DNA of 63,997 bases, counting the filler, from Catajapyx aquilonaris (taxonomy: Eukaryota), in assembly GCA_000934665.2 (NCBI GenBank). It is 3 parts of 3 records of this genome, joined end to end, with 100 filler letters (N's around TTAATTAATTAA, not from the genome) between each part and the next. Parts side by side here need not be neighbours in the genome. Positions count along the whole stretch, not along the records: positions 42,788 to 63,997 come from JYFJ02006111.1; 2 more parts are not named here. One strand, 5' to 3'. The notes beneath the pieces were generated by a model. It was given only the letters and a program-made list of their open reading frames with translations, did no database searches and was not told the origin of the DNA. Every line of letters begins with the position of its first letter. Position 1 is the stretch's first letter. Shown here piece after piece: positions 51,549-62,453 of this stretch. A program made the translations under genes and the position numbers.

Positions 51549-52678
51549 TAGGTTACGTATTATCGACATATTGTGCGTTGACATGTCACATACATGTTAA
51601 TTATTATTCTGTAGTTACAGCCCTGCGATACTACTCATTGTACAGTGTACACATGTTATACGAGTATTTTGTTGCATTAGGCTATTTTCCTGTTCACCTA
51701 TACCAACTGTGGACTTTAGAAAACTACAGCCAATGGACGATAAAGATGTTTGTTAAGAGGGGACTGAAATATTCGTGCAATTCTATGAGCACATAAAATA
51801 ATGTCAACGAAATGGCTGACATTTTACCACCCACTACACCAGTATCGTACAACTATTGTATCCTTGGATATATCTACATCGTGATTGTGCAACCCACCGT
51901 GAGAGACGATCGATCATCAAAAGTGTGTTCCCATCACTCCTCCACAGCGATGCGATCAATAAGTCTGTCTCTCAAAAGGATAAGTTTCTAACCATCACCA
52001 TGATTGATTCCTCTTTCCCACTGTCGCAATTTTCACCTGCTGGGTGACGTATAAAAAGCCAGACATTTCAATTGCTACTGTGCTGACGCAGACGACGCCA
52101 CAAGTATTCTCCACCTGCTATTAAGGTTCTGGGATAGTCTATTTATTCCGCGTTTCTCTTGTTCCAATAAATTTAAATGACATTAGAATGGTTAGGAATT
52201 TTTGAAAGGAAGCTACTTATTTTCAGTATAGACTGCAGCAATTTATAGATGGGTCATTCTAAATTTACTTGCACATTTCATGTCCTGTAAATGAAATATT
52301 AATTTCTCGTCGAGATGATTTTGCTCCATGTTACTATTACTTTTTAAAGTATTTAATTACCTCATACAAAATGTATTAAATGGATTTAAAACTTTACTTT
52401 AATACGAGATATTTTCCCCCCATCACACAGCGTCTTTTTCTCACTGTCCGTGCTGATGACGCTTCTTTGTGAATATAATGTTCACGTAGTTTTGTACCAT
52501 TATTTTCTCCTCCTCAAGCATTTTATCACAATAGCAAACACTATGGTAAACAGGACATTATAAAAATCAATTCTTGAAATCAATTTCCTGTATATATTAT
52601 TTGCTGAAAAGTACTGTCCGGGGTTTTTCTAACTTATGTTATGTCACATCTGTTATTACTTGTGCAGTTTTCAATATT

Positions 52679-53024
52679 TTTTTAAATAATAATAATTGTG
52701 GGGGTAGTGCTTCACCTTTCGGCGTTCGGCACGGATCTTCATTATTTGATCGTACATAATGTACAAGTTGGAGCCATTGAGAAGAGCCCGGGCCCACGGG
52801 CAGGATGACAGGAGGGGATGTGCAAAGTGCAGTGCATCTGACGTAGTGGCCATTTTTAGTGAACTCCCCCGGGTGGTTTAGTCTGTGGATATACCACCCG
52901 AGACGAAGCCAGAGGTGACCCTGAACTCTGCACGAGATGAAGGGGGTGTCCCCGGGTTGGGATCGAACCCGGGACCTTAACATCCGTGGGCGCATACGTT
53001 ACCGCAGCACCACTCCGCCTCCCC
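52679..53024 (-). mobile_element. tRNA-derived SINE (family B head and body, different tail)
   Basis: Minus strand GGGGAGGCGGAGTGGTGCTGCGG...GGTTCGATCCC; (ATT)n+A tail; TSD CAGTTTTCAATATT at 52665-52678 and 53025-53038. Confidence 0.88.
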
Positions 53025-53416
53025 CAGTTTTCAATATTATTCTTATCACAAGTGGGGCAACACTGGACAGAAGTGAAGTTCAGGAGGTATCAAACAATCC
53101 CAGTATACATTTTCGAGTCTGTGATGTGACCTTCAGGTAGGCTGCAGTTGAAGATAATGATATTTTGCATGTGCGTGATTTTTCCCTTTGCAGCCACTGT
53201 TACAGATTTTCATGGCATTTTTTGATATTTTAGAAACGCTACAAATCTCACAAGCGCAGATTTGGTACCTCTATCAGACAATTTGATTGATAATTTCAGT
53301 AAAAATATTCTGCCTTCAAGAAATATTTTTTGCATAGTGAATGTCGCCTCTGTTTCGTGCTGTCGCCTCTGTTATCACCTACTAGAAACAGATATTACAG
53401 AACAGTAATGTAACAG

Positions 53417-53483
53417 AACTGACAGTGTATTATAGTAGGGGTAAGATGGCCTATCTTACCCCTACTATAATACACTGTCAGTT
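53417..53483. repeat. Perfect 31-bp-arm hairpin
   Basis: AACTGACAGTGTATTATAGTAGGGGTAAGAT-GGCCT-ATCTTACCCCTACTATAATACACTGTCAGTT. Confidence 0.9.
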
Positions 53484-53635
53484 AATTAGATCAATTTTAC
53501 CACAACTGTGACATTTTTTTCTAAAGAATTCATAATTGGACCAAAAAATAAGGGTAGTCATAAGCTAACGAATGAAGAAAAGCAGTTCCTTTATCGTGAA
53601 TGGAAAACAGATATACGTATGGTTATCCCTTAAAA

Positions 53636-53950
53636 CTGTGGTTCCCAACCCTATAGGGGCCCGACCTAAAATAGGGCCGCCAACATGTTTTCAAGGGTCG
53701 CGGGGAAGGCCTATAAAAAGGGGGGAAATAAAGAAAAAAGAGACGAAAAAATAAGGCAGGGAAGGAGAATCTTGTGGAGAAATTCATCTCCAATCTACAA
53801 AATCATTGTACTGTACCTTGATGAACATTTTGGGAATAAAATATTTGGGGGAAAACTCAAGATTTGGCAAAGGAGGGGGGAGTAATGTGGGTCGCCAGAC
53901 CGAGAAAGGTTGCAGCTATGGTCGCGACGAAAAAAGGTTGGGAACCACTG
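53636..53950. mobile_element. hAT (Charlie-like) MITE
   Basis: TIR C(T/A)GTGGTTCCCAACC / GGTTGGGAACCACTG; 8-bp TSD CCTTAAAA / GCTTAAAA; internal GGGTCGC motifs. Confidence 0.85.
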
Positions 53951-55949
53951 GCTTAAAATAAGGCTGTTAAGCATTTAACTAAGAATACCTTTTGGTGAAC
54001 TTAACTATCAAAGTCATTAGCAATATGCGAAATAATCACTGCATTAAATTGATGTTTGCTGCCTCATGTAGCTTTTGTTATGGAAAGAAAATTAATTCCT
54101 GAAAACCTTAATTATCCGTTATGACCAATAATTCTATCATTGAAGGCTGCACTCAATATTTGGTGCGACAACCAACAGAAGTTGTTTTTTGTATAATGTT
54201 ATTTTTTCTTGTTCCCAGGAAAACTGTCTAGTATAAAATGTACCGTACATTGTGGCAACAAAAGTTACAACGTCAATTATTTTATCAATTCTCATTACTA
54301 CATTATAATTATTATGGCTTGTACACAACACTAACTTGACTATGGACATCCACTAAGTCCAATGGTGCTTGATCTTATAAACAAGAGAAGTCCAGGTTTC
54401 TGTCAGGCAACGGTGATTACAGATTTATACACCTGCACGTGTTCTCAAAGGTCTGCTGGTCTGCAAAATTAATATTTAGCTCTGCTTTCAGCGATTTGCT
54501 TCACTTCAAACCTTACACATCCACATAATGCAATAATTGTAACTGAAATGTAATGTAACAAAAAAATACTCCGGAAAAAAGTGGAGAAGTGCAAGTAAAT
54601 TTAAATTGACCCAGATACGAATAAATATATCCGATAAAGGGATCTACCTCGGAATCTCAGAGGTGGTATGGCAAAACCTAAACCAGACTACGCCACCATG
54701 CCGCACCGTAACTGACCTCCTATCCTATGAACAACTAAGCTTGATTTTCTACAGTATTATTTCCACACAAAGTGCTCAGTCATTCAGTAGAAGATGGGGG
54801 GCTAGTTACAGAGAAAGGATGTGGGCTAAGAATGCTTTAAGGAGGAAAGCGGTTATGAAAGCGGTTGGGCCCTTAGAGAACTCACAGTACAGCTGCAGGT
54901 CAAGCCAGTTGGTTCGGGTAAGACAACCGCTAGTGGTACATGGTACAATACTGCACACCATTCACCTGACATGAATTTATTATAGCGTGTAGAATTTTTC
55001 CCGGGGTCCTCCTGCCTAATGAATGTCAACACTGCTAGTCATTTTCCCAAATAAGCCCCGGGGGTCTCCCAGTGACCCCCAGATGAAGGCAAACTGTTCT
55101 TATTGGCTAAAGGGGGCTGGGAAATGGACGAGAAGACTCTCGCTGAGGCTCATTCAAGTGGGCAGCAAATGGCGCCATGCCGTGCCCACCTTCACTCTGT
55201 CAAATTTACAACTTGCTTCCTTCCGCATTCAAGCTAGCCGAGTAAACGATCAGAGTCACGCACACACCAGGATTGGGAAACACAGACACATACTTTTAGA
55301 TTACTGGATGGGAGAGAGGGAAACGAAGGAGTGTTCCTTCTACCAGCCAGCCTACCACGCTAAGACTCTGGCCTACAGTAAAAGAAGAGGATCACTTTCC
55401 CCAGGCTCTTTTTCAGACTTCTTTCAGATAGGATCATATTAAGCATCAGGTAAGGCACAGTGCCAGTAGGTCTGCAACTGTACTACTCGAAGAGACATTG
55501 GGTGGAAAGGAACTGTTCCAGGTTACCCTGAGTAGCCTCGCAACCCAAACGACAAAAATCAGTCATCTTGTAGTGCATATTCTATGTACCTAGTTTTACG
55601 TTAAAGGCAGCGGTGATCGCTCCTTACTGTATCTTTCATGTGGTAGATGTTGCTACCTAGCGGCCTTGGCAGTATTCAAAAAATGTTGCCACATGGTGAA
55701 CTCTTTGAGAATTAGAGGTAAGAAAATTCATGTGGTTTTCACCCCGTAAAAATGTTGTAAGAATATTCGCGCACTGAGACAAATTCCGCCTTAGAGACTC
55801 CAACATGCAAAATGCAAGCGCTATCGTGATATGCCAAGTTTGCCCAATCGCGTATCTCTCCCTCTCTTCTCTCTCCCTCTCCAAGGTTACCCGAAAAGAG
55901 AGAGAGGGATTGATTCAAAATGGCGTTCGTCGGCAGAGAAGGACCAAAC

Positions 55950-56319
55950 CAGCCCACGGACACTACCCCTATAGTCTTATTATATCGCTTGCCGGGGCGT
56001 TTTGCAGGAGGTGCTCACCTGAGAGCGCCATGAGACCTTTCACAGAACAATTATGTGGCGACCCTACCGGACTACGCTGAACTTTACAGGTACAAAAGGG
56101 AAGCGCTACATGCGGGCCCAACAAGGCCGACGGCCAACATGTTGAGTCCCCCAATGTAGCGCATCCCTTTTGTACCTATAAAGTTCAGCGTAGTCCGGTA
56201 GGGTCGCCACATAACACTGCAGTGAAAGGTCTCATGGCGCACTCAGGTGAGGACCTCATGCAAAACGCCCCGGCAGACGGTAAGTGGGAGTGACCAGACC
56301 TGAGTATTCTAAGATCATG
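55950..56319. mobile_element. Foldback MITE with 8-bp TSD, divergent copy 2
   Basis: GACCAAAC at 55942-55949 and 56320-56327; starts CAGCCC; ~130-bp arms at 55990-56274; shares the GTGGCG..CC.TACC and CTGAAC motifs with copies 1 and 3; right terminus degraded. Confidence 0.65.
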
Positions 56320-56374
56320 GACCAAACTCTTGGTCCAAACGGGTGAAGCGTTGAAGGTCAGCTGCACGTCAGCT

Positions 56375-56755
56375 CAGCCCCCAGTCACTCCCTATACCAG
56401 TATACATTGCTACCCCCGTGAGCTTAGCTAATCTCCCCCACCGAGGGGGATTGGTCATGGTCGGCGCTAGAGTCATGCACCGAGATGGTGGCGCCTTACC
56501 TAGCGGGGCAATTCTGAACCCTTTTGGTCTACTTTGATTGCCTGGAGGTAGTATATTGGTTTAAAGGAGCACAGGAGGCCTTTTGAAACTCCAGCCAATC
56601 GGAGTCGACCAAAAGAGTTCAGAATTGCCCCGCCAGGGCGCTAGGTAAGGCACCATCATCTCGGTGCATGACTCTAGCGCCGACCGTGAATAATCCCCCT
56701 CCGTGGGGGAGATCAGGTAAGGTCACGCGAAAAGATGGAGAGTGAGCAGGGGCTG
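56375..56755. mobile_element. Foldback MITE with 8-bp TSD, copy 3
   Basis: CGTCAGCT|CAGCCCCCAGTCACTC ... GAGTGAGCAGGGGCTG|CGTCACCT; arms at 56417-56727; homologous to 44282-44631. Confidence 0.85.
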
Positions 56756-57007
56756 CGTCACCTGTTAGAATCATTCTTCCATTGAATGACAATATATTAG
56801 AGTGGCTGGACAGCAGCCATTTCGATCCAACTCCCCTACGTTGCCAAGTTTCCGTGATCTAATCCACTCTTAAGACACGAATCATTGTGCCATGTGGGTT
56901 GCCTTTCTTAGTCAGGATAACTTTGAACAGGTCCTTTCGTCCCACTGGTAGTTATTGCTAACTTAGCAGTAACCATCCATAACGCTGGTACTGCTAAATT
57001 AGCAGTA

Positions 57008-57169
57008 CAGTACTGGCCAATAATCGAGGCAACGACTAGCGACATTTTCCCGAAGCGGCAGAAGAAGGAATCTTGCTCGCCTGGCTTGTAACATGCTTAT
57101 CTTCGATTCCTTCTTCTGCGGCTTCGGGAAAATGTCGCTAGTCGTTGCCTCGATTATTGGCCAGTACTG
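57008..57169. mobile_element. Palindromic MITE (CAGTA termini, TA TSD), copy 1
   Basis: GTA|CAGTACTGGCCAATAATCGAGGCAAC...GTTGCCTCGATTATTGGCCAGTACTG|TAC; ~65-bp arms. Confidence 0.88.
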
Positions 57170-58320
57170 TACCTAGCAGCGGGACAAAAATTCTACCCAT
57201 TGTGTCCATGTGGTATATGTCAGTAGCCTAACCCTAAACAGTCTCACCACACAGTAGGAATAAAATCTGCTTTATCTGTTATTTATTCATATTGGGGAGT
57301 AAACACAAAGTCAACCAACTATATAAAAATATAATCTGAAGCTCAGTAGGGTCTAACGTGTTAGAAACTGTCTACAGATGTTACAGGAATTCTCACCCAT
57401 GCTACAGTTCGTCAATCCCGCAAAAAAGCATCCAGAATGTCCTCATTTCGCTCCGGAGCATTAATTTTGGTCTCAAATCTAGTTCTGACACCTTCCTGAT
57501 GCCAGTGAAAATATACCTAGTCGAACTTAACTTTATTATAGGAACATTATTCATGCCTTCACATATTCACCTTTGCAATAATATGAATAAGTTTATGCCT
57601 ATTTTTGCATTGATAAGTGAGGAAGCATGGGTGTACCTGTCTGTGCGTGATACTTTGGTTATCATATTATTTTTATCAAATGTGAATTTCAGGTGAGCAG
57701 CATCTAGGGGCAAATACAGTATATTGCAACAATGCAGCAGTGTTTATGCTCCAGGCTACAAATGTGGCATGTTTAAGCAGGTTCCTTTATTACAGAAATT
57801 GAATCAAGCCTTTGAGGTATGGGAGGCTCTATACAGTCTAATTTAATTTACATTTCCGACTGAAAGGCTTCCGGTTTAAGCTTAGAGCTAATTTCTCGCA
57901 TCTGCAATTAGATAAGCAGACAGAAGAGCATACTAGCTGAAATTGTCCTTTATGAAAGGATTGTCAACAGGGTAGCGGAAAAAGCTTTCCATTTACCCGT
58001 CCTTTGATAAGATTACAGATTTCCAACAACGACTGATAATTCACATTCAAGCATTTAACTTCTACAAATATACCTCATTAATTTTCACTTTACTAGAACA
58101 GTCACTGTCAATGGTAAACGCCACATCGCACTACTATATACGCACTACGATATGCATCTACTATGCTACATCGCACTACTACAGTATACGCGGAATCTTG
58201 CCATAATCAAGAACTGTGCAATCATGCTATATACAGTATACGAGTACAAAAATCAACACATCGGAAATAAATATATTTGGCGCTGCACATGGTGTTTATA
58301 ACATCATCTAGACTCTAGAG

Positions 58321-58676
58321 CAAGGGTGGGCAAACTTTTTTCTCCGTGGGCCGCATAGAGATTTAAAAAAAATTGAAGAGCCGCATCTAACAAAAGAAAT
58401 TTCAACTTATAAAAAAGTTTATCCATCGTTTTAAATGAACTTCATTAATTGCACAAATTATCATTAATTCTCTGAAAGTCGATAAAAGAGGCTAGATACG
58501 ACGTATATCAATGAAAATGGCACGTATAAATAAAAATATTTTTTGTGAATTTAAAATAATTAAAAGGCACAGGCATAAAATTTTGCAATTTTAATTTTTC
58601 AACGTTTTCAGGAATACCGAAATTTTTGCGCGGGCCGCACAAATTGTCTTCGCGGGCCGTAGTTTGCCCACCCCTG
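58321..58676. mobile_element. hAT-Charlie MITE
   Basis: TIR CAAGGGTGGGCAAACT / AGTTTGCCCACCCCTG; TSD CTCTAGAG / ATCTAGAG (NTCTAGAN); GGGCCGCA subterminal repeats. Confidence 0.9.
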
Positions 58677-59188
58677 ATCTAGAGACTGAATATTGTTATA
58701 TAATTAACTTATCATATAAGTGAGATTTGGATCATAAACGGAAAAGGCAATTTTAAACAAAATGATTTTTTTTGCACGCGTCCCTTCTCTCGTGGCGGTC
58801 GCACCATGGTTTTGCTGGTGGAGGATATGGTTATCCTGTCGCATGGCTGGAGTTAAATTCCCATACAGAGAGCCTCCGGTGGTGATCATATAATTATTGT
58901 AGTACAAGAAGGGCTACTTATGGTATTTTTCACAGGTATGCCATGACCGATACTACTTTATATGTAGAGTACAAAATTCAAAGAGACAATCATGATAATA
59001 TTGAGCGAGTATTATTGCACTACACTTAGTAATAATTATTACATTACTGGCTTTTCTGAGTAAGTCAGCATACGGTATAGTCGCCCTTGTTTACTTCTTA
59101 TCAACGAAGTACATTATTTTGATGGTTGTTTAACTTGTGTATCTGCTAAACGGTAGAAAGCAAAGCCCGTCTTTTTTTACGCATAATA

Positions 59189-60235
59189 CAGGGTCATCGA
59201 AAAAAGAAGGTCACATTTTAAAAACCTTATAACTCGAAAACTTGTACCGATATCTTAATAATTTAAGTTGTGAAATGTTAAGAAATATCTAACGTTTTGA
59301 TCTTACTATAGATTTCTTCGATATGAGCTCCTTGTGTCGCTCGAAAAATATAAATACTGTAATCGGTGTCTTGCCTAACCCGCTCAGGCATGACTGGCGT
59401 TACCGTTGAAATCTTTTCCCGGAGATAATGTACGGGTCTTCGATTAGCTCTGGGGACGGAAATGGGACTTTTTACTGTAACTGTGGGGACATTTTCAAAT
59501 TGTGGGGACATTTCTGGTCCCCACAATTGATTTCACCTGTTGGGTACATCTTTAGTGGGGACATGTCCCCATAATTGGGTCTCTTTAAAAACCATTTATC
59601 TCAGTCTAGGTTAGTTAGGGTAGGGTAGGTTAGGTTAGGTTAGCATAGTTATGTTAGGACAAACTAGGTTTCAAAAGTTGTGTCAGACATGTCCCCACAG
59701 CTAATGGCGTGCAAACATGCATGGAGATGGGGAATCTTTTCACCATATTTGTATCTCCACAAAAAAGTCCATCGGGGTAAGATCTGGGCTTCTGGTGGTG
59801 GGTGGGTGGGGGAGGGAGGATAGGCATTGGGAAACTTCTCATTCAAGACTTCGTGAACTGGGAGACTGAAGAAATGAAACTTTCCTACGGCAGGTTTGTT
59901 TCATGTTTGAAGCGACTTTTTATGCGCATCATCAAGAACCATTTGCATGGTGTAAAGACCCGTCATATCCAGCACCTACGAGATAGGATTTTAACGGTAA
60001 CTCCAGATATGATTGATCGGGTTTGGCACGACACCTATTACCGCCTTTTTAATCTTCCGAGCGACAAATTAAGTTCATATAGAAACAAACTAAGATGCGA
60101 CCAAACCCTTTGACCTTTCTTAGCATTTCAAAACTTAAATCATTAAGATACGTATCTCGGCAAGTTTTCTAGCTACACGGTTTTTAAAATGGGACATGTT
60201 TTTAAAAAATGGGACATTCTTTTTCTGTGACCCTG
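59189..60235. mobile_element. Tc1-like foldback derivative carrying transposase 3' ends in both arms
   Basis: TA|CAGGGTCA ... TGACCCTG|TA. Minus strand encodes HYLREKISTVTPVMPERVRQDTDYSIYIFRATQGAHIE; plus strand encodes KTRHIQHLRDRILTVTPDMIDRVWHDTYYRL(fs)FRATN*VHIE. Confidence 0.82.
59450..59782 (+). mobile_element. (TTAGG)n-containing element nested in the Tc1 derivative
   Basis: GTGGGGACAT x3, GGGGACATGTCCCC, CCATTTATCTCAGTCTAGGTTAGTTAGGGTAGGGTAGGTTAGG matches 16030-16090; boundaries approximate. Confidence 0.6.
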
Positions 60236-60242
60236 TATTGTA

Positions 60243-60403
60243 CAGTATTGGTCATATATCGAGGCAACTGCCAGCGACATTTTTCCGAAGCGGCAGAAGA
60301 AGGAATCGAAGATAAGCATGCTACAAGCCGGGCGAGCAAGATTCCTTCTTCAGCCGCTTCGGAAAATGTCGCTGGCGGTTGACTCGATGTATGACCAATA
60401 CTG
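60243..60403. mobile_element. Palindromic MITE (CAGTA termini), copy 2, opposite orientation
   Basis: Homologous to 57008-57169 with the central spacer reverse-complemented; GTA|...|TAC. Confidence 0.88.
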
Positions 60404-62453
60404 TACCTCCTTATTACTAATCTACCTACTAACTTGTACTACTACTATTGCTGCTGCTGCTGCTGCTGCTTCTGTGGATAAATTTGTGCCGTTTGGAGTG
60501 GAGAGACTGCTTTACCCGGGTAGGCGAATCAGGAAGTACCTTTTCCACTATATAGCATTGAACAATATAAAGGGTAGGGGAAATGTTAAAACCTATCATT
60601 AAACGGCACAGAAAACGGGGAGCGGAGTCGTTGGGAAAGCAAGAGAGGCGTTAACACAACTTTATAGTCTATTCCACTTTCCCAGGCCTTATCTAAAGTG
60701 GGCGCTTCTCTAATATGGAGTGACCCCTTAGGTCCTTCCGGGCTACCCTCCAACATAACCCACCTTCTCTCCGTCCGGGTGTACTCACGGCAATAGACCT
60801 GTCTTTCCTATAATATGACGCCATTCCTCCCCCTCTCTCTTCCTCCGTCCTTCATGCTACTACTGAACAGTGCCAATAAATTCATCACGCACAAGATATT
60901 TCCAGCTCCCATTGCATGATATTCAGGGTAATGAAAGTGGGGGAGCATATCCTCTCGGAGATACTTACATAATATATTATACACTCAGTAAGTTCATTTC
61001 AAGTTATATAAAAACCAGACCACTGAAACATACCCGAACAGGATTGCGAATAAGTAGAAGAATAAACAACGATTCCAAAAAGACAAAAGATATTCCGAAA
61101 AGGAACCTAACCCAGAGCTCCATTAAAAGGGATGGTGGCACTCAAGAATATGGGGATAGAGAGAGGCGAAAGAAAAAGAGAGGCAATAATATCCCCAATA
61201 ATGTTCTCCTCATCACCATGATGCACTCGTCAAATTGCTGGAGCCGTGGTTGCTGGCTTTCTACCAATATAATGTAGTACATATTCCTACCAATCGCGAG
61301 TCGGCGAAAGACATACAGTCGATGAATAACAATCATCATGGAGCTGAACTTACAAACATTAACTAAGGTCTCGCCTCTTTTTCCCACAAACTGGAACGGG
61401 TAGTGCCAAGTGCGACTCCCAATATCGGCAATATGATTCCTTAACATTGACTCGGGTGGCTGCTGATCAAGGAAACAAAGTTGCAAATAGGTTTTAAATA
61501 ATGATGGATCGTTCCATTAATCTGAAAAGTATTCTATACAAACCCAGGAATAACAAGTTTTCATCACGAAGAGCACGGCAACAATAATGCGTTCCACTAG
61601 ATGCCTCATGCCAAATCATTTTAACATCTCATAAAATTCTGCGTGCCATACGTAATAAAGCAATGATAATTCTCAATGTGAGGCAGAATTGTCGCTTTCA
61701 CATCCAAAGAGATCACACATTATTCTAGAGTTTCCATAGACTCTAGAGTGTAGAGTGGCATTACAAGATAGTGCATTTCCCAAGTCCCAGTTTAACGTGA
61801 AAGGGGAGGGGGAAGTTAGTCTGAATCATGGTGACACTCCCTGCACAACGCTAAGTATGGTCTAAAAGGTCACAATACAGCTTTAAAAATATTATTCATG
61901 TTTTAAATTATTATTATTAGTAATTTCCAAATATACCCTATTATCTCATGATTCTAATTTAATGAAATTGTTTTAGTCTCTCCAATACTAAAAAGCCAGT
62001 TCAAGTAAATGTGCAAGAAAAGGTCAATTCGGCTTTCAGAGCCATTCCATATCCAATGCACTTACACGATGAAGATTCTAATACATGGCGTTATGGATTG
62101 TACATGCAATATATTAATCATGCCATTATATGACAGGGGTGAAACATTTCAGCTGGGATAATGCCCCAACTCGAAAATCTCATATAAGTACATTCTCCTT
62201 AGATTAATTAAATTAATCGGATTAACCATGCCACATGAAGAAAATAATTACCAGCAGCAGTTAGGAAAATGTGAAGTCCCTTAATTAGTAATATAAGTAA
62301 TAATTAGTTATATGCATGGCGAGCCACAACGCTCACTTTGATTTTGCGCTGTTCCAGACCACTGCGCTGCGCTGCAGCGAATTATGAAGAGCGCCTCATT
62401 TTTTTCTTTGCCCCTGTTCAAAAGCACGTCCATTAATATTTGCCTCACAACTA

